Positions 52,621 to 62,333 of a DNA stretch of 64,000 bases are shown piece after piece (position 1 is the stretch's first letter; each line of letters starts with the position of its first letter). The notes beneath the pieces are model-generated. The model had not been told where the DNA came from. It saw only the letters and a program-made list of their open reading frames with translations, and did no database searches. A program made the position numbers and the translations under genes. Source of the DNA: an uncultured Methanomicrobiales archaeon. Its GTDB lineage: Archaea > Halobacteriota > Methanomicrobia > Methanomicrobiales > Methanospirillaceae. The stretch is from assembly GCA_963697895.1 (NCBI GenBank), contig OY969100.1, forward strand, positions 1,280,001-1,344,000, written 5' to 3'.

Positions 52621-52863
52621 ATGGTGGAATCGATGAAAGCTGACAGGAAACTTGATTCCAGGGGCCATTCCTGCCCCGGGCCCGTCTTCATGGTATCGGA
52701 TGAGATGGAAAAACTGACTCCGGGAATGATCCTTGAGGTATTTGCAGACGATCCCGCTGCCGAGGAGGACATTTCCCGCTGGACAAAACGGACAGGGAAT
52801 GATCTTTTAAAGGTTGAAAAATCGGGAGACATGATTACATTTTATATCAAAAAGGTGAAATGA
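52621..52863 (+). CDS. TusA-family sulfur carrier
   Basis: LDSRGHSCPGP, DDPAAEEDISRW. Confidence 0.88.
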   Translation: MVESMKADRKLDSRGHSCPGPVFMVSDEMEKLTPGMILEVFADDPAAEEDISRWTKRTGNDLLKVEKSGDMITFYIKKVK

Positions 52864-52872
52864 GGGAATTCC

Positions 52873-53232
52873 ATGACAAAGATACTGTATGTGCAGACAA
52901 GCGGTACCGATACCCCTGAAAGAACCTATGCCCCGTTCATCCTTTCGAGTACTGCCCGGGCAATGGGTATTGAAGCATCGATCTTCTTCATGATCAAAGG
53001 AATTATCAATATGAAGAAGGGAGAAGCGGAGAAGATCAGGATTGGCCAGTTCCCCAGCCTGAAAGAGGCGCGGGATAAGGCACTGTCGGGCGGCGTGAAG
53101 TGCTACGTCTGCGAACAGAGCACGCAACTCCTCGGTCTTGCTAAAACAGAGTTCATTCCGGAGTCGATCATCGCCGGAGCGGCGACGCTGAATGACCTCG
53201 CACTGGAGGCAGATACGGTACTGACCTTTTGA
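52873..53232 (+). CDS. DsrE-family protein
   Basis: PERTYAPF, IFFMIKG, YVCEQS, AGAATL. Confidence 0.82.
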   Translation: MTKILYVQTSGTDTPERTYAPFILSSTARAMGIEASIFFMIKGIINMKKGEAEKIRIGQFPSLKEARDKALSGGVKCYVCEQSTQLLGLAKTEFIPESIIAGAATLNDLALEADTVLTF

Positions 53233-53406
53233 TTGGCATTCATCCCGACGAAGAAACAAAGCGGTAGATCCGCATGCTTAAAAACCGCTCCCTGAACGGA
53301 TGCAGCTGAATCCGGGAGGTAGCCGATAATCCCCTGGGTGAAGGAGGAACCGGGTGAAAAATACCTTTTAATAAGGAGCCCTCCAACTCCTATTATAGGT
53401 GGTACA

Positions 53407-53715
53407 ATGGGGGGGTGGCATCCCGATCCATTATTCGTGGAATTCATTCGGGAATATTGTGATTTTGTTCCCGGTGCCTGCGTCAGTAAAATCTGGTTAT
53501 GGAACCGGTATGTTAACTTTGCGATCGGCAAATCCGGGAAAAAGATGACATTTTATGACGAGAAGGGATTCGACGAGTTGATGAAGGAGATGGGAGTGGC
53601 AAGTGAGGCGAACGAATATCTCGGGATCCGGATCAGAAAGAAGGAAAAAGAGTTGATGATCGCTTCTCCGGGGAACGACAGCCGGTGGGCAGAGGGTAAA
53701 CCGGCTTCCCTGTGA
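53407..53715 (+). CDS. hypothetical protein
   Basis: AGGTGG RBS before MGGWHPDPLFVEF; coding-like composition. Confidence 0.5.
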   Translation: MGGWHPDPLFVEFIREYCDFVPGACVSKIWLWNRYVNFAIGKSGKKMTFYDEKGFDELMKEMGVASEANEYLGIRIRKKEKELMIASPGNDSRWAEGKPASL

Positions 53716-53733
53716 AGTTCATCTCCCAAAAAT

Positions 53734-54186
53734 TCAGGACTGCTCAAGAGCGGTATTACCTTCAATGAACCGGGAATGGTAGGTCATGGCATCGATCCGC
53801 CAGTTCCCGCTTTCCTTCACCAGATGAAACTCGTAACTTCCCACGAACGTCCGGGTGTTCCTGTTCGTCCGGTTCGGGAGGTAATGGATTGCGATCCCGT
53901 AGCAGAATACGATGGCTTCATTTCCGGTGAAGTGCACGAGAAAATTACCGATCTGGTGATGGACAGACTGCAGTGCTTTCAACCCCTCCCGCCATCCCGC
54001 CACGATATGGTCGGGTGTCGTAACCCCGGGCCGTTCTCCCCCCAGAGAGGACATATCGAAGAAGACTTCGCCGGCAAAGCATGAATGGACGGCAGCCCAG
54101 TCCCGTTTGTCGGTCTCGACGAAGAGCGTCGTCACCGCCTCGATCACCCGATCCCGTTCCGTCATCAGCACCGGAGGATCTGTCAT
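53734..54186 (-). CDS. SnoaL-like / NTF2 family protein
   Basis: DKRDW, HHQIGN, GSYEFHLVK...WRI. Confidence 0.85.
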   Translation of the reverse strand: MTDPPVLMTERDRVIEAVTTLFVETDKRDWAAVHSCFAGEVFFDMSSLGGERPGVTTPDHIVAGWREGLKALQSVHHQIGNFLVHFTGNEAIVFCYGIAIHYLPNRTNRNTRTFVGSYEFHLVKESGNWRIDAMTYHSRFIEGNTALEQS

Positions 54187-54643
54187 ATCTTCCTCATTGG
54201 TTCACCGTTACGTTTCCCGAGAAAATAAAAATTCTGAAATCAATTAAATCCCATTTTTTTCAGAATCAACGCGCGAAAGTTCATTCCAATAAGGAATGTC
54301 GACTCTTGCGGGCGAATACAAACCGTGAATTCCCGGGAGAATACAAATTCCGGAATCGATTAACTTTTTTTTTTAAAATTTTACGGCAATATTTTCAAGA
54401 ACTGAATATGAGACGATTGCGGACGAACAGAAACATGAGTTCCCGCGCGAGGATGCCGGTCTGCTTCATCCGGAGATTGGAAATCTGCCGGGTGAGGGTA
54501 TCATCGGAATTCCTTGAAAAATTTGTATATTGTTCATGAAGATTTACTCGATGAACATGGACAGGATTATGAACGGATACGGCAACAGGATATTTAGGAA
54601 CCGGGATCTTCACCGGGTATAATGCGGGATTGAGGAGTACCTC

Positions 54644-55048
54644 ATGAAAAGGACGAGTTTTTATGCACTCATTGCGGGAATCGTTGCAGTAGAAGCCTTG
54701 GTGTTCTGGTGGGCGCTCGAGATCGAGGATCCGCTGCCCTCGATCATTGCCGTCCTTCTGGGACTTGCCTTGGTCTATATCGGGCGAATGTACGTCGAAG
54801 AAGTGATCGAGGACGAACGAACCCAGAAGATCGAAGAGAAAACTGCATTCCGGACCCTCCAGATCACCTGGATCGCGCTCTTCGTCTTCGGGCTCTGGAT
54901 GATCATCAACTCCACCAGTGATGAGTTACAGCCTCTCCTGCGCCTGATAATCAGGCGAAACGGATTCGAGCTGATCGGCATTGTCGCCGGCATGATTATT
55001 GTCTACGTCCTTTTGCTCTTTTACTACGGGAAAAAATACGGGGAATGA
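54644..55048 (+). CDS. DUF2178 family membrane protein (module 1)
   Basis: 4 TM helices, [14 protein letters not shown] motif, directly upstream of an XRE gene. Confidence 0.8.
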   Translation: MKRTSFYALIAGIVAVEALVFWWALEIEDPLPSIIAVLLGLALVYIGRMYVEEVIEDERTQKIEEKTAFRTLQITWIALFVFGLWMIINSTSDELQPLLRLIIRRNGFELIGIVAGMIIVYVLLLFYYGKKYGE

Positions 55049-55051
55049 CCG

Positions 55052-55264
55052 ATGAAGAACCGCATCAAAGTGTACCGGGCGATGCATGACCTGACCCAGG
55101 AGGCGCTCGCCCGCGACCTCGGGGTGACCCGCCAGACGATCCTCGCCATAGAAAAGGGAAAATACGACCCTTCGCTCGTCCTCGCATACCGGATCGCGAA
55201 GTATTTCGGCGTCGGGATCGAGGATGTCTTCGACCTGAGTTCACTGGATGCGATATCCGAATAG
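55052..55264 (+). CDS. XRE/HTH_3 transcriptional regulator (module 1)
   Basis: [42 protein letters not shown]. Confidence 0.93.
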   Translation: MKNRIKVYRAMHDLTQEALARDLGVTRQTILAIEKGKYDPSLVLAYRIAKYFGVGIEDVFDLSSLDAISE

Positions 55265-55521
55265 GATCCAACAATTATCCTTAATGAGAGCTTTTCCCGA
55301 GCCGGGATCGCCAACCCCCTCCTCAATACGGGCAATACTTTACAATCCCCCAACGAACCCCGCTCCCCCAAGGAGAAGGATGAACCGACTGATGACACAT
55401 GCCGGTGATGGATTACCGGAAAATAAACCGGGGATAAGACCACCATTTCAGCATAGATCATTGATCCGGTAAGATCAATGCATGTAAAGGATGGTTAAAA
55501 AATAGGAAAGGATATAATATA

Positions 55522-55543
55522 AAATGTAAAATAGACTATACAA
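55522..55543 (+). promoter_or_regulatory. candidate XRE operator in the promoter of sheath paralog 2
   Basis: aaaTGTA-aaatagacta-TACAa directly downstream of the TATA box gaaaggatataata. Confidence 0.55.
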
Positions 55544-55629
55544 GGTGTTCGAAGAAAACAACGAACACCGATATCTCTGTAAAAACGATTCGACGCTGAA
55601 AAGTATCAGCGTCAATTCGGGTGAAAGAA

Positions 55630-56485
55630 ATGAAAACAGGTTACATATGCGCAGCTCTTCTGTGTGTGGCGCTCTTTGTGGGAGCGGCCATGGCTGCAGA
55701 TCCGCCAACCGCAACCTTTGAAACCCAGGGCATCAAGACAACAGATTCCATATCTGTGCTGCAGGGTTCAGTATCGACTTCCAAGTCGATGGTTATGACC
55801 GTTGCCAATAACGATAATGGCATCAATGCACCGCCACTCGAGAACAGTGAAACCGGCGCCGGAGAACGCCAGGCAACAAACGTCTATACCGAGGCAACTG
55901 ACGCCAAGAACGGTGGGAACATCGAGTATTCCTCAACGGTATCTGCCGACACAGGCAACAAGGTTCTCGGAACCTATAACACCCAGGCACACCGCTCGAT
56001 CCAGTACCGAGTCCGACCCGAGCAAGGATGGCCGTATGACCTCTACCGAACAGATCGTCATGGATGTTGCAGGGGCAACCGGGAACTCCGGAAGTGTATA
56101 CCTCTGTCCGTTTGCAGAAGGCAAGTCCAATAACACACCGGCATTCTGCAACATCGTCCAGATGGGCAGCAGCCTCGATGCGACCTACGCAAATGTCGTC
56201 ACCGATGCGGCGAAGAGAGATATCCAGGCAACTGCCGACTTCCCGTTAGAGGCATCGTACTCCATCGCGGCGAAGGGCGTGCTGGTCGACACTGCAGACG
56301 GGCTAGTTTCACAGCCATACACCGGCTCGGTCAACGCATATATGAACGTCCACACGCAGGAAGCTCGCGGCAACAATGACGTGCCAGAGGCCGACTTTGT
56401 CTACAAGGAGTCAACATCGGCAAGCGGATACGTGAACAACTTTGCGAAGAGCATGTACTACCAGGACGGTGCGCTCCGAGTCTGA
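55630..56485 (+). CDS. secreted sheath-protein-like (MspA/SH-like) paralog 2; 1-bp insertion at ~56008 (probable sequencing error)
   Basis: signal peptide, ATFETQGI, DTGNKV, DGRMTSTE, LCPFA...PAFCNIVQMG, MNVHTQE, FAKSMYYQDG; colinear with 37570-38598. Confidence 0.65.
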
Positions 56486-56843
56486 AGAGATACCGGAACT
56501 TGAATTGGTGAAGTAGTCTTCCGAGGAAAAATTACTCATCGGAAGATTATTCTCCTACATTTTATCCCCCTTCTCATTAAAAAGCATCCGAATCTCACCA
56601 AAATCGCGACCTGATATATCTATTCCTTTGACCGAATCGCGGGAAAGGAGCGATGAGATTTCCGTGAGATTGTTCCTTGTTCCCCGGACGTATTTTCGCG
56701 GATTCATAAAAGAATGGTTATCCCAACCTCACGAACCCATGCATCCAATATTTTGCAATAGTCCTGATCTTATCCCGCTCCTCGAGCATGGCTCAACAAC
56801 AATAGATCGGAACGCGGATCGGGCACGTTAATGTTTAATAACC

Positions 56844-56865
56844 AAATGTATTACAAAATATACAA
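56844..56865 (+). promoter_or_regulatory. candidate XRE operator of DUF2178-HTH module 2
   Basis: aaaTGTA-ttacaaaata-TACAa downstream of tgtttaataa. Confidence 0.55.
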
Positions 56866-56875
56866 TGAGGAAGCG

Positions 56876-57325
56876 ATGAAACTTAATACCTTTTATCTCC
56901 TTGCCGGGCTCGTGGGACTCGTCCTCGTCGGAATATTCTGGGTTGCCGTCGACCTCCGGGATCCCTTCTTGATCAGTCTGGCATTCATTGCAGGTATCGT
57001 CCTCCTGTACCTGGCGAGATCCCGGGTAACCGACCGGAGGGAAGATGAAAGAACGACCCTGATTGCCCAGAAAGCAGCATTGCACACGTTGGAGGTGTTC
57101 TGGGTCATCTTCTTTGCAATCAGCCTGGGGGACGCGGTTATCGGACTCGGTGCACCCGGGTTTCCTCCCCCGGCTCCGCCTCCGGGAGGGGGCTTGATTC
57201 ATCTCGGACGTCTCGGCGTCATCCAGATGGCACTTCTCTGCCTTATGATATTCCTGTATGTCGGATTCAAGGTGTACCATGCCCGGCGGCTTGGAGAGTG
57301 GGACACCGATGAAGAACAGGATTAA
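56876..57325 (+). CDS. DUF2178 family membrane protein (module 2)
   Basis: [14 protein letters not shown] motif, 4 TM helices, overlaps the XRE start. Confidence 0.8.
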   Translation: MKLNTFYLLAGLVGLVLVGIFWVAVDLRDPFLISLAFIAGIVLLYLARSRVTDRREDERTTLIAQKAALHTLEVFWVIFFAISLGDAVIGLGAPGFPPPAPPPGGGLIHLGRLGVIQMALLCLMIFLYVGFKVYHARRLGEWDTDEEQD

Positions 57326-57521
57326 AGTTTTCCGGGCGATGCACGACCTGACCCAGGAGGCGCTCGCCCGCGACCTCGGGGTGACCCGCCAGACGATCCT
57401 CGCCATCGAGAAGGGAAAATATGATCCCTCGCTCGTCCTCGCATACCGGATCGCGAAACATTTCGGTGTCGGGATCGGTGACATCTTCGTCCTCGATTCC
57501 ATCGATGAAGGGCAGGAATAA
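57309..57521 (+). CDS. XRE/HTH_3 regulator (module 2), near-identical to 55052-55264
   Basis: [42 protein letters not shown]. Confidence 0.93.
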   Translation: MKNRIKVFRAMHDLTQEALARDLGVTRQTILAIEKGKYDPSLVLAYRIAKHFGVGIGDIFVLDSIDEGQE

Positions 57522-57605
57522 TAACCATCCCCGTTTCATTTCGTTCTGTTTGTGGATTATGACGAATTTCGGGTAATATACCTCCGGATTACCCCAAAAT
57601 GAAGA

Positions 57606-57824
57606 TCAGGATGAATTCAGATCATCCCTCTCATCGCTGAAGGAGAATACTTCGTCTACCTTCGCATGAAGCACGCGTGCGATGGCGAAGGCGAGGCGAA
57701 GGGACGGATTATACTTCCCCCCTTCCAGGAAAACAATCGTCTCCCTCCTGACCCCTACTTTCTTCGCCAGTTCTTCCTGTGTCATACCGTATCTCGCCCG
57801 AAGTTCTTTCATCCGGGTTTTCAT
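57606..57824 (-). CDS. XRE/HTH_3 regulator (module 3, divergent)
   Basis: [42 protein letters not shown]. Confidence 0.92.
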   Translation of the reverse strand: MKTRMKELRARYGMTQEELAKKVGVRRETIVFLEGGKYNPSLRLAFAIARVLHAKVDEVFSFSDERDDLNSS

Positions 57825-58210
57825 CACACATCTCCCCTTGATTCGAAATACATGCGGGCGATCACCTCCAGAAAGACCATGAAGAAGAACAACAGCGCGA
57901 GGATTTCAGTCGGGTTCTGTGTCAGTATATCGAACTGATAGCCTAATACCAGAAACGCGATAGCGATCCACGTCGCAGTCCAGGACACCGCCATGGAAGC
58001 ACGCTCTATCTTTTGCGTCCGTTCGTCAGAAGCTTCTTCCCGCCATGCCCGTACGGCAAGCGCTGCCGTGGCTGCAACGATCGCAAATGCCGTTGCGATG
58101 AGAAGGGTCCGCGTGAATTCCGTTGCTGCAGGAGCGATCTTATCGAGATATACCCCGAACACGAGCAAAATGGCTGCGATGAGGAGCAAGAGGATCGGTT
58201 TTCGTCGCAT
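57824..58210 (-). CDS. DUF2178-like membrane protein (module 3)
   Basis: [12 protein letters not shown] motif, 4 TM helices, overlapping stop/start with the HTH gene. Confidence 0.72.
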   Translation of the reverse strand: MRRKPILLLLIAAILLVFGVYLDKIAPAATEFTRTLLIATAFAIVAATAALAVRAWREEASDERTQKIERASMAVSWTATWIAIAFLVLGYQFDILTQNPTEILALLFFFMVFLEVIARMYFESRGDV

Positions 58211-58557
58211 AAATCTCACCAATTGATATATATTTCAAACAATATGATAGAAATAAATCACCATCATATATAATAATTTCCGGATAAGATCCATTCAGAA
58301 AACGACCTGATTCATCTCCCACCAAGTATAAAGCCCAGATTCTTAGATTAAGGAGTAATGTTGGATTTTCCGACCGGATAACCGAATGCATGTCCCGATT
58401 CAATTCCGTTCGATCCCGATCGTCTCGAGTTACCGACACGAAGATTTGACCTGTTCTTTCATTGCGGGGCTCCTGTCCGGGATGATGGTAATACCGCAGT
58501 GAACAGGCCCGGCCGGTGCGATCAATTATCACGGAATACTCTGCACCTGTTATCGGA

Positions 58558-59994
58558 ATGTTCGAGACGAATAAACAGGGGATGATACTGGCAATAGCGA
58601 CAGTAGCATCGTTTTTTGTCCCTTACCTCACGTCTTCGATAACCGTTGCCCTCCCGGCGATCGGAAGCGAGTTCTCTCTCGATGCGGTCTCCCTCGGCTG
58701 GGTGGTATCCAGCTACATCCTTTCCACCGCGATCTGCATCGTTCCGTTCGGCCGAATCGCCGATATTTATGGGAGAAAACGTCTGTTCATCACGGGTGTT
58801 GCTGTCATGACCGGCGCATCGCTTCTCGCGACCTTTGCATGGTCCGCCCCATCGCTTATCGGGTTCCGGATCCTCCAGGGTGCAGGCGGTGCGCTCATTT
58901 TTACAACCTCCGTTGCGATCATCACCGCGGTATACCCGCCTGAACGACGCGGCTGGGCACTGGGTATCACCCTGGCTTCCGTATATGCAGGCCTCTCCCT
59001 CGGCCCCTTTATCGGAGGGGTTTTGACGGAGCATATCGGATGGCGGAGCATATTCTTCCTCGTTGTCCCGCTTGGAATTTTAGTGCTCTGGCTCTCCTCG
59101 AGGAATGTGCACGACGAATGGATCGAAGCCCCGGGAGCCCCGTTCGATTATACCGGATCCATTCTGTATGCCACCTCCCTCTTTGGGGTGATGTACGGGC
59201 TGACCGTCGTTCCCGCCTCCGAGGCGGTTGTCTGGATCGCATTCGGGGGAGCGACGCTCGCAGGATTCCTCTGGTGGGAGACCCGGTCCCGGAGTCCCGT
59301 CCTGGACATTCGTGTCTTCCGGAAGAATATTGTCTTTACATTCTCGAACCTGGCTGCTCTGATAAACTATGCAGCGACATATGCGGTTGCCTTCCTTCTC
59401 TCCCTGTATCTTCAGTATACGAAAGGGTTGAGCCCGGAGACCGCGGGGTTGATCCTGGTTGCACAGCCGGCAGTACAGACGATCTTCTCACCATCAGCCG
59501 GGCGCCTCTCAGATCGGATAGAGCCGAGAGTGGTCGCAAGTATCGGGATGATGATCACTGCCGTCGGACTTCTCCTCCTTGCCCTTCTTATGACAGAAAC
59601 CCCGCTCTGGTCCATTGTGGCAGTTCTGCTCATGCTCGGGCTCGGGTACGCCTTGTTCTCCTCCCCGAACACGAATGCGATCATGTCCTCGGTCGAGCCG
59701 CGATACTATGGAATTGCCTCCAGTATGGTCGCGACGATGCGGGCGATCGGACAACTGACCAGCATGGCCATCGTGATGATGATCTTCTCCCTGGTGATAG
59801 GGAAGGTACAGGTGACCCCCGAGGTCTATCCGCTCTTCCTCACCAGCACCCGGCTTGCCTTTTTGATCCTGGGAATATTATGCGTTATCGGCGTGTTCGC
59901 AAGTATTGCACGGGGGAGGATACGGGAATCAAACCCTCCCCGGGAAGGAAGGATACCTGAACAGGAGAAAACCGGCCATCAGGATAGTAATTAA
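58558..59994 (+). CDS. MFS drug:H+ antiporter (DHA2/14-TM)
   Basis: SSITVALPAI, FGRIADIYGRK, RILQGAG, ERRGWALG, GWRSIF, FSSPNTNAIM. Confidence 0.92.
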   Translation: MFETNKQGMILAIATVASFFVPYLTSSITVALPAIGSEFSLDAVSLGWVVSSYILSTAICIVPFGRIADIYGRKRLFITGVAVMTGASLLATFAWSAPSLIGFRILQGAGGALIFTTSVAIITAVYPPERRGWALGITLASVYAGLSLGPFIGGVLTEHIGWRSIFFLVVPLGILVLWLSSRNVHDEWIEAPGAPFDYTGSILYATSLFGVMYGLTVVPASEAVVWIAFGGATLAGFLWWETRSRSPVLDIRVFRKNIVFTFSNLAALINYAATYAVAFLLSLYLQYTKGLSPETAGLILVAQPAVQTIFSPSAGRLSDRIEPRVVASIGMMITAVGLLLLALLMTETPLWSIVAVLLMLGLGYALFSSPNTNAIMSSVEPRYYGIASSMVATMRAIGQLTSMAIVMMIFSLVIGKVQVTPEVYPLFLTSTRLAFLILGILCVIGVFASIARGRIRESNPPREGRIPEQEKTGHQDSN

Positions 59995-60253
59995 AATACC
60001 CCCGATTTGGATACCATCAGATATCGATTCCATTCCAGGTAGCTACCAGATAATCGACAGGAAGAAGACCCCGGTCATCGGGAAAGGGTTGAAATACCCT
60101 GAGTTGGATACCAGCGGATAGAGATTTCATCCCAGTTAGCTATCAGAGAATCGACAGGAAGAAGACCCCGGTCATCGGGAAAGGGTTGAAATACCCTGAG
60201 GTTGGATATCCATCAGATCTCGTTTCCATTCCGGATAACTATCAGGATAATCG
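59961..60253 (+). repeat. three tandem ~97-bp units upstream of the usp gene
   Basis: acaggaagaagaccccggtcatcgggaaagggttgaaataccctgag is identical at 60057 and 60154, with a degenerate copy at 59961. Confidence 0.85.
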
Positions 60254-60269
60254 AGAGTGAAGGGTGAGC

Positions 60270-60701
60270 ATGACGCTGTTTGAGAAAATTCTCATCGCGA
60301 CAGACGGATCGGAAAAAAATAAAAATGCGGTAGATGAGGCGATAAAGATCGGACGTGCCTGCGGATCGACCCTCTATGCCGTGTACGTAATCGATACCAG
60401 CATCTACGAAGCAGATCCCGCAGACGCATCGTTCGAAAAGGTCTACCAGCAGCTCGGGAAAGAGGGTGAGGAGGCGGTTCGCCGGGTACGGGATCTGGCA
60501 CCTGATCTTGCGGTGGAGACCTTCGTGATCGGGGGGAGACCGGCAAGAGAGATCACCCGGTTTGCCTCGGAGAACAAGATCGATCTCCTGATTGTCGGTA
60601 CCCAGGGCAGAAGTGGCATCGAACGCCTCTTCCTGGGCAGCGTCGCCGATAAGGTCATTCGTACGGCAGGCTGCCCGGTGCTGGTGATCCGAAGTAAATA
60701 A
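60270..60701 (+). CDS. universal stress protein
   Basis: KILIATDGS, IDLLIVGTQGRSGIERLFLGSVADKVIR...PVLV. Confidence 0.93.
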   Translation: MTLFEKILIATDGSEKNKNAVDEAIKIGRACGSTLYAVYVIDTSIYEADPADASFEKVYQQLGKEGEEAVRRVRDLAPDLAVETFVIGGRPAREITRFASENKIDLLIVGTQGRSGIERLFLGSVADKVIRTAGCPVLVIRSK

Positions 60702-60821
60702 GGAATGTCCGGATAATGGCACTCCTCCCGGAAGGATCAATAAGGAATTTCCGGATAATGGACTCTCACCGGAAGGATCAATAGAAATGTCCGGATAATG
60801 GCACCCCACCGGAAGGATCAA
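60697..60821 (+). repeat. three tandem ~40-42-bp units immediately after the usp stop codon
   Basis: aata(a)g(g)aatNtccggataatgg..c..ccggaaggatc x3, each with a tccgg/ccgga stem. Confidence 0.85.
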
Positions 60822-60945
60822 CTAATTCTTTTCAGATTCTCCGGAGTGTGCCCAATTTTTAATTTTTCATCTTACTGATCTGAACATTCTGACCGATCTT
60901 CTACCGGCATTGATATATATCAAAAGAGAGGGAAAGGAAGATATC

Positions 60946-61230
60946 ATGGCGTATATGCTTGGACGGATCAAAGTGCGGGATTATGCATTCTGGAGGACGA
61001 TCTATGACGGATATGAGGGGTATCGAAAGGCATCGGGTTCCATGGGGGCGAGGATATTCCGGAATGCGGACAATCCCCATGAGATAGTCGTCCTCTTCGA
61101 ATGGGCTGACCTGGACGTGGCTCGGAAATTTGCAAAATCCGATGAATTAAAACGGACGATGCAGAAATCCGGGGTTGTTGACAAACCTGATTTCTATTTC
61201 CTGGAAGAGGCAGAGGCCAGCCCTTCCTGA
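60946..61230 (+). CDS. small conserved protein (ABM/cyclase-like dimeric alpha-beta barrel)
   Basis: KVRDYAFW...G..GARIFRNADNPHEIVVLFEW...ELKRTMQKSGV..KP. Confidence 0.7.
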   Translation: MAYMLGRIKVRDYAFWRTIYDGYEGYRKASGSMGARIFRNADNPHEIVVLFEWADLDVARKFAKSDELKRTMQKSGVVDKPDFYFLEEAEASPS

Positions 61231-61340
61231 TTTTACCCCCGATTACCAATTCAAATACCCAGGAGGATTGACCTCCTTTATCCACATCCCGGTCAGTATC
61301 GATTGGCGATAATGAACAAACTAAGGAAAGAAAAAGAAGA

Positions 61341-61757
61341 TTATTTAAAGACCGAAAAATCGTTCTTGACCGCGATGGCATCCACGATCGGCTTCATCGT
61401 CGCTTCCGATATGCCAAATTTCTCCATGTACTGCTGGAGGATCTTCTGCTCATTCCCGGCAAGGATCCCGTCGGCCATCGCCAGGTCGAGCAGTATCGCC
61501 ATGGTAGTGAATCGCTGCTTCTCATCGAGGGCATTCGCCACCAGGGTCATGACTTCGGGAAGGGACATGCCCTGGACTGCCTTCACCACTGTTTGTACAA
61601 TATTCCGGTCTCCCCGGACGATCTTCTGGAGGTCAAAGATCTCCTGTTCATCAAGAACCCCGTCTGCCGCGATGACCGTGATGGCCGATGCAACGAGTGC
61701 CTGTTTCGGGGTCAGCTGGGTCGGTTTGCTTCCGGTTAATTTATCAAAGATTCCCAT
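61341..61757 (-). CDS. TerB-family protein
   Basis: VIAADGVLDEQE and LAMADGILAGNE duplicated motif. Confidence 0.85.
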   Translation of the reverse strand: MGIFDKLTGSKPTQLTPKQALVASAITVIAADGVLDEQEIFDLQKIVRGDRNIVQTVVKAVQGMSLPEVMTLVANALDEKQRFTTMAILLDLAMADGILAGNEQKILQQYMEKFGISEATMKPIVDAIAVKNDFSVFK

Positions 61758-62333
61758 TTCTTTCACCTGTTTTTCCCAATAGGTAAAACTTCATGGGGGT
61801 TTATTCTTTTGGTTAGGTTGAGCAATGCAAAACAGGGGAAGATTTATCTTTTTTACCCGTTAGGAGAGGTGTATACTGCAGATAATCTCCGGGGGTGAAA
61901 AGGAACGACGGGATCATCGTCGTCTTTGAGGATGCCAATATCCTGAAGTCAACCTTCGTTGGGTATTCCGAACTAATCGACATGAAGATCAATGCGCTGG
62001 ACCTCATCGAGCATCCGCTTCTATACCAAATCGATCCCGAAAAGAACATGATCGCGATGAAATGCGGCATGAACAGCGAATTGCCGTTGCGATATTCCGA
62101 AAGGTCCGTTCTAAGGGTCAGGATATCGGTTTGTTCATTTTCCATCCTTTCTGCGTAAGTAAGGGTTCAATCCACAACGGATACGATGAAGAGGGTGTCG
62201 GATACAACACTTGATTTATCCCTTTCCTTCCATAACAGAGAAGCTCCGGACCGTCTTCTTTAGGATACCTTTTTCTTGCCGGAGCGTGTTCTACCCCCCG
62301 TGGTTATTTGATGAAAGGGGATAGGTGAACAGC

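Noticed and set aside
59961-60821. CRISPR interpretation of the repeats flanking usp
   Set aside because: There are no unique spacers; the units are simple degenerate tandem copies
61813-62158. Overlapping 87-aa (+) and 110-aa (-) ORFs between terB and the Lon-like gene
   Set aside because: No recognisable motifs or convincing start; possibly a gene remnant but not supportable
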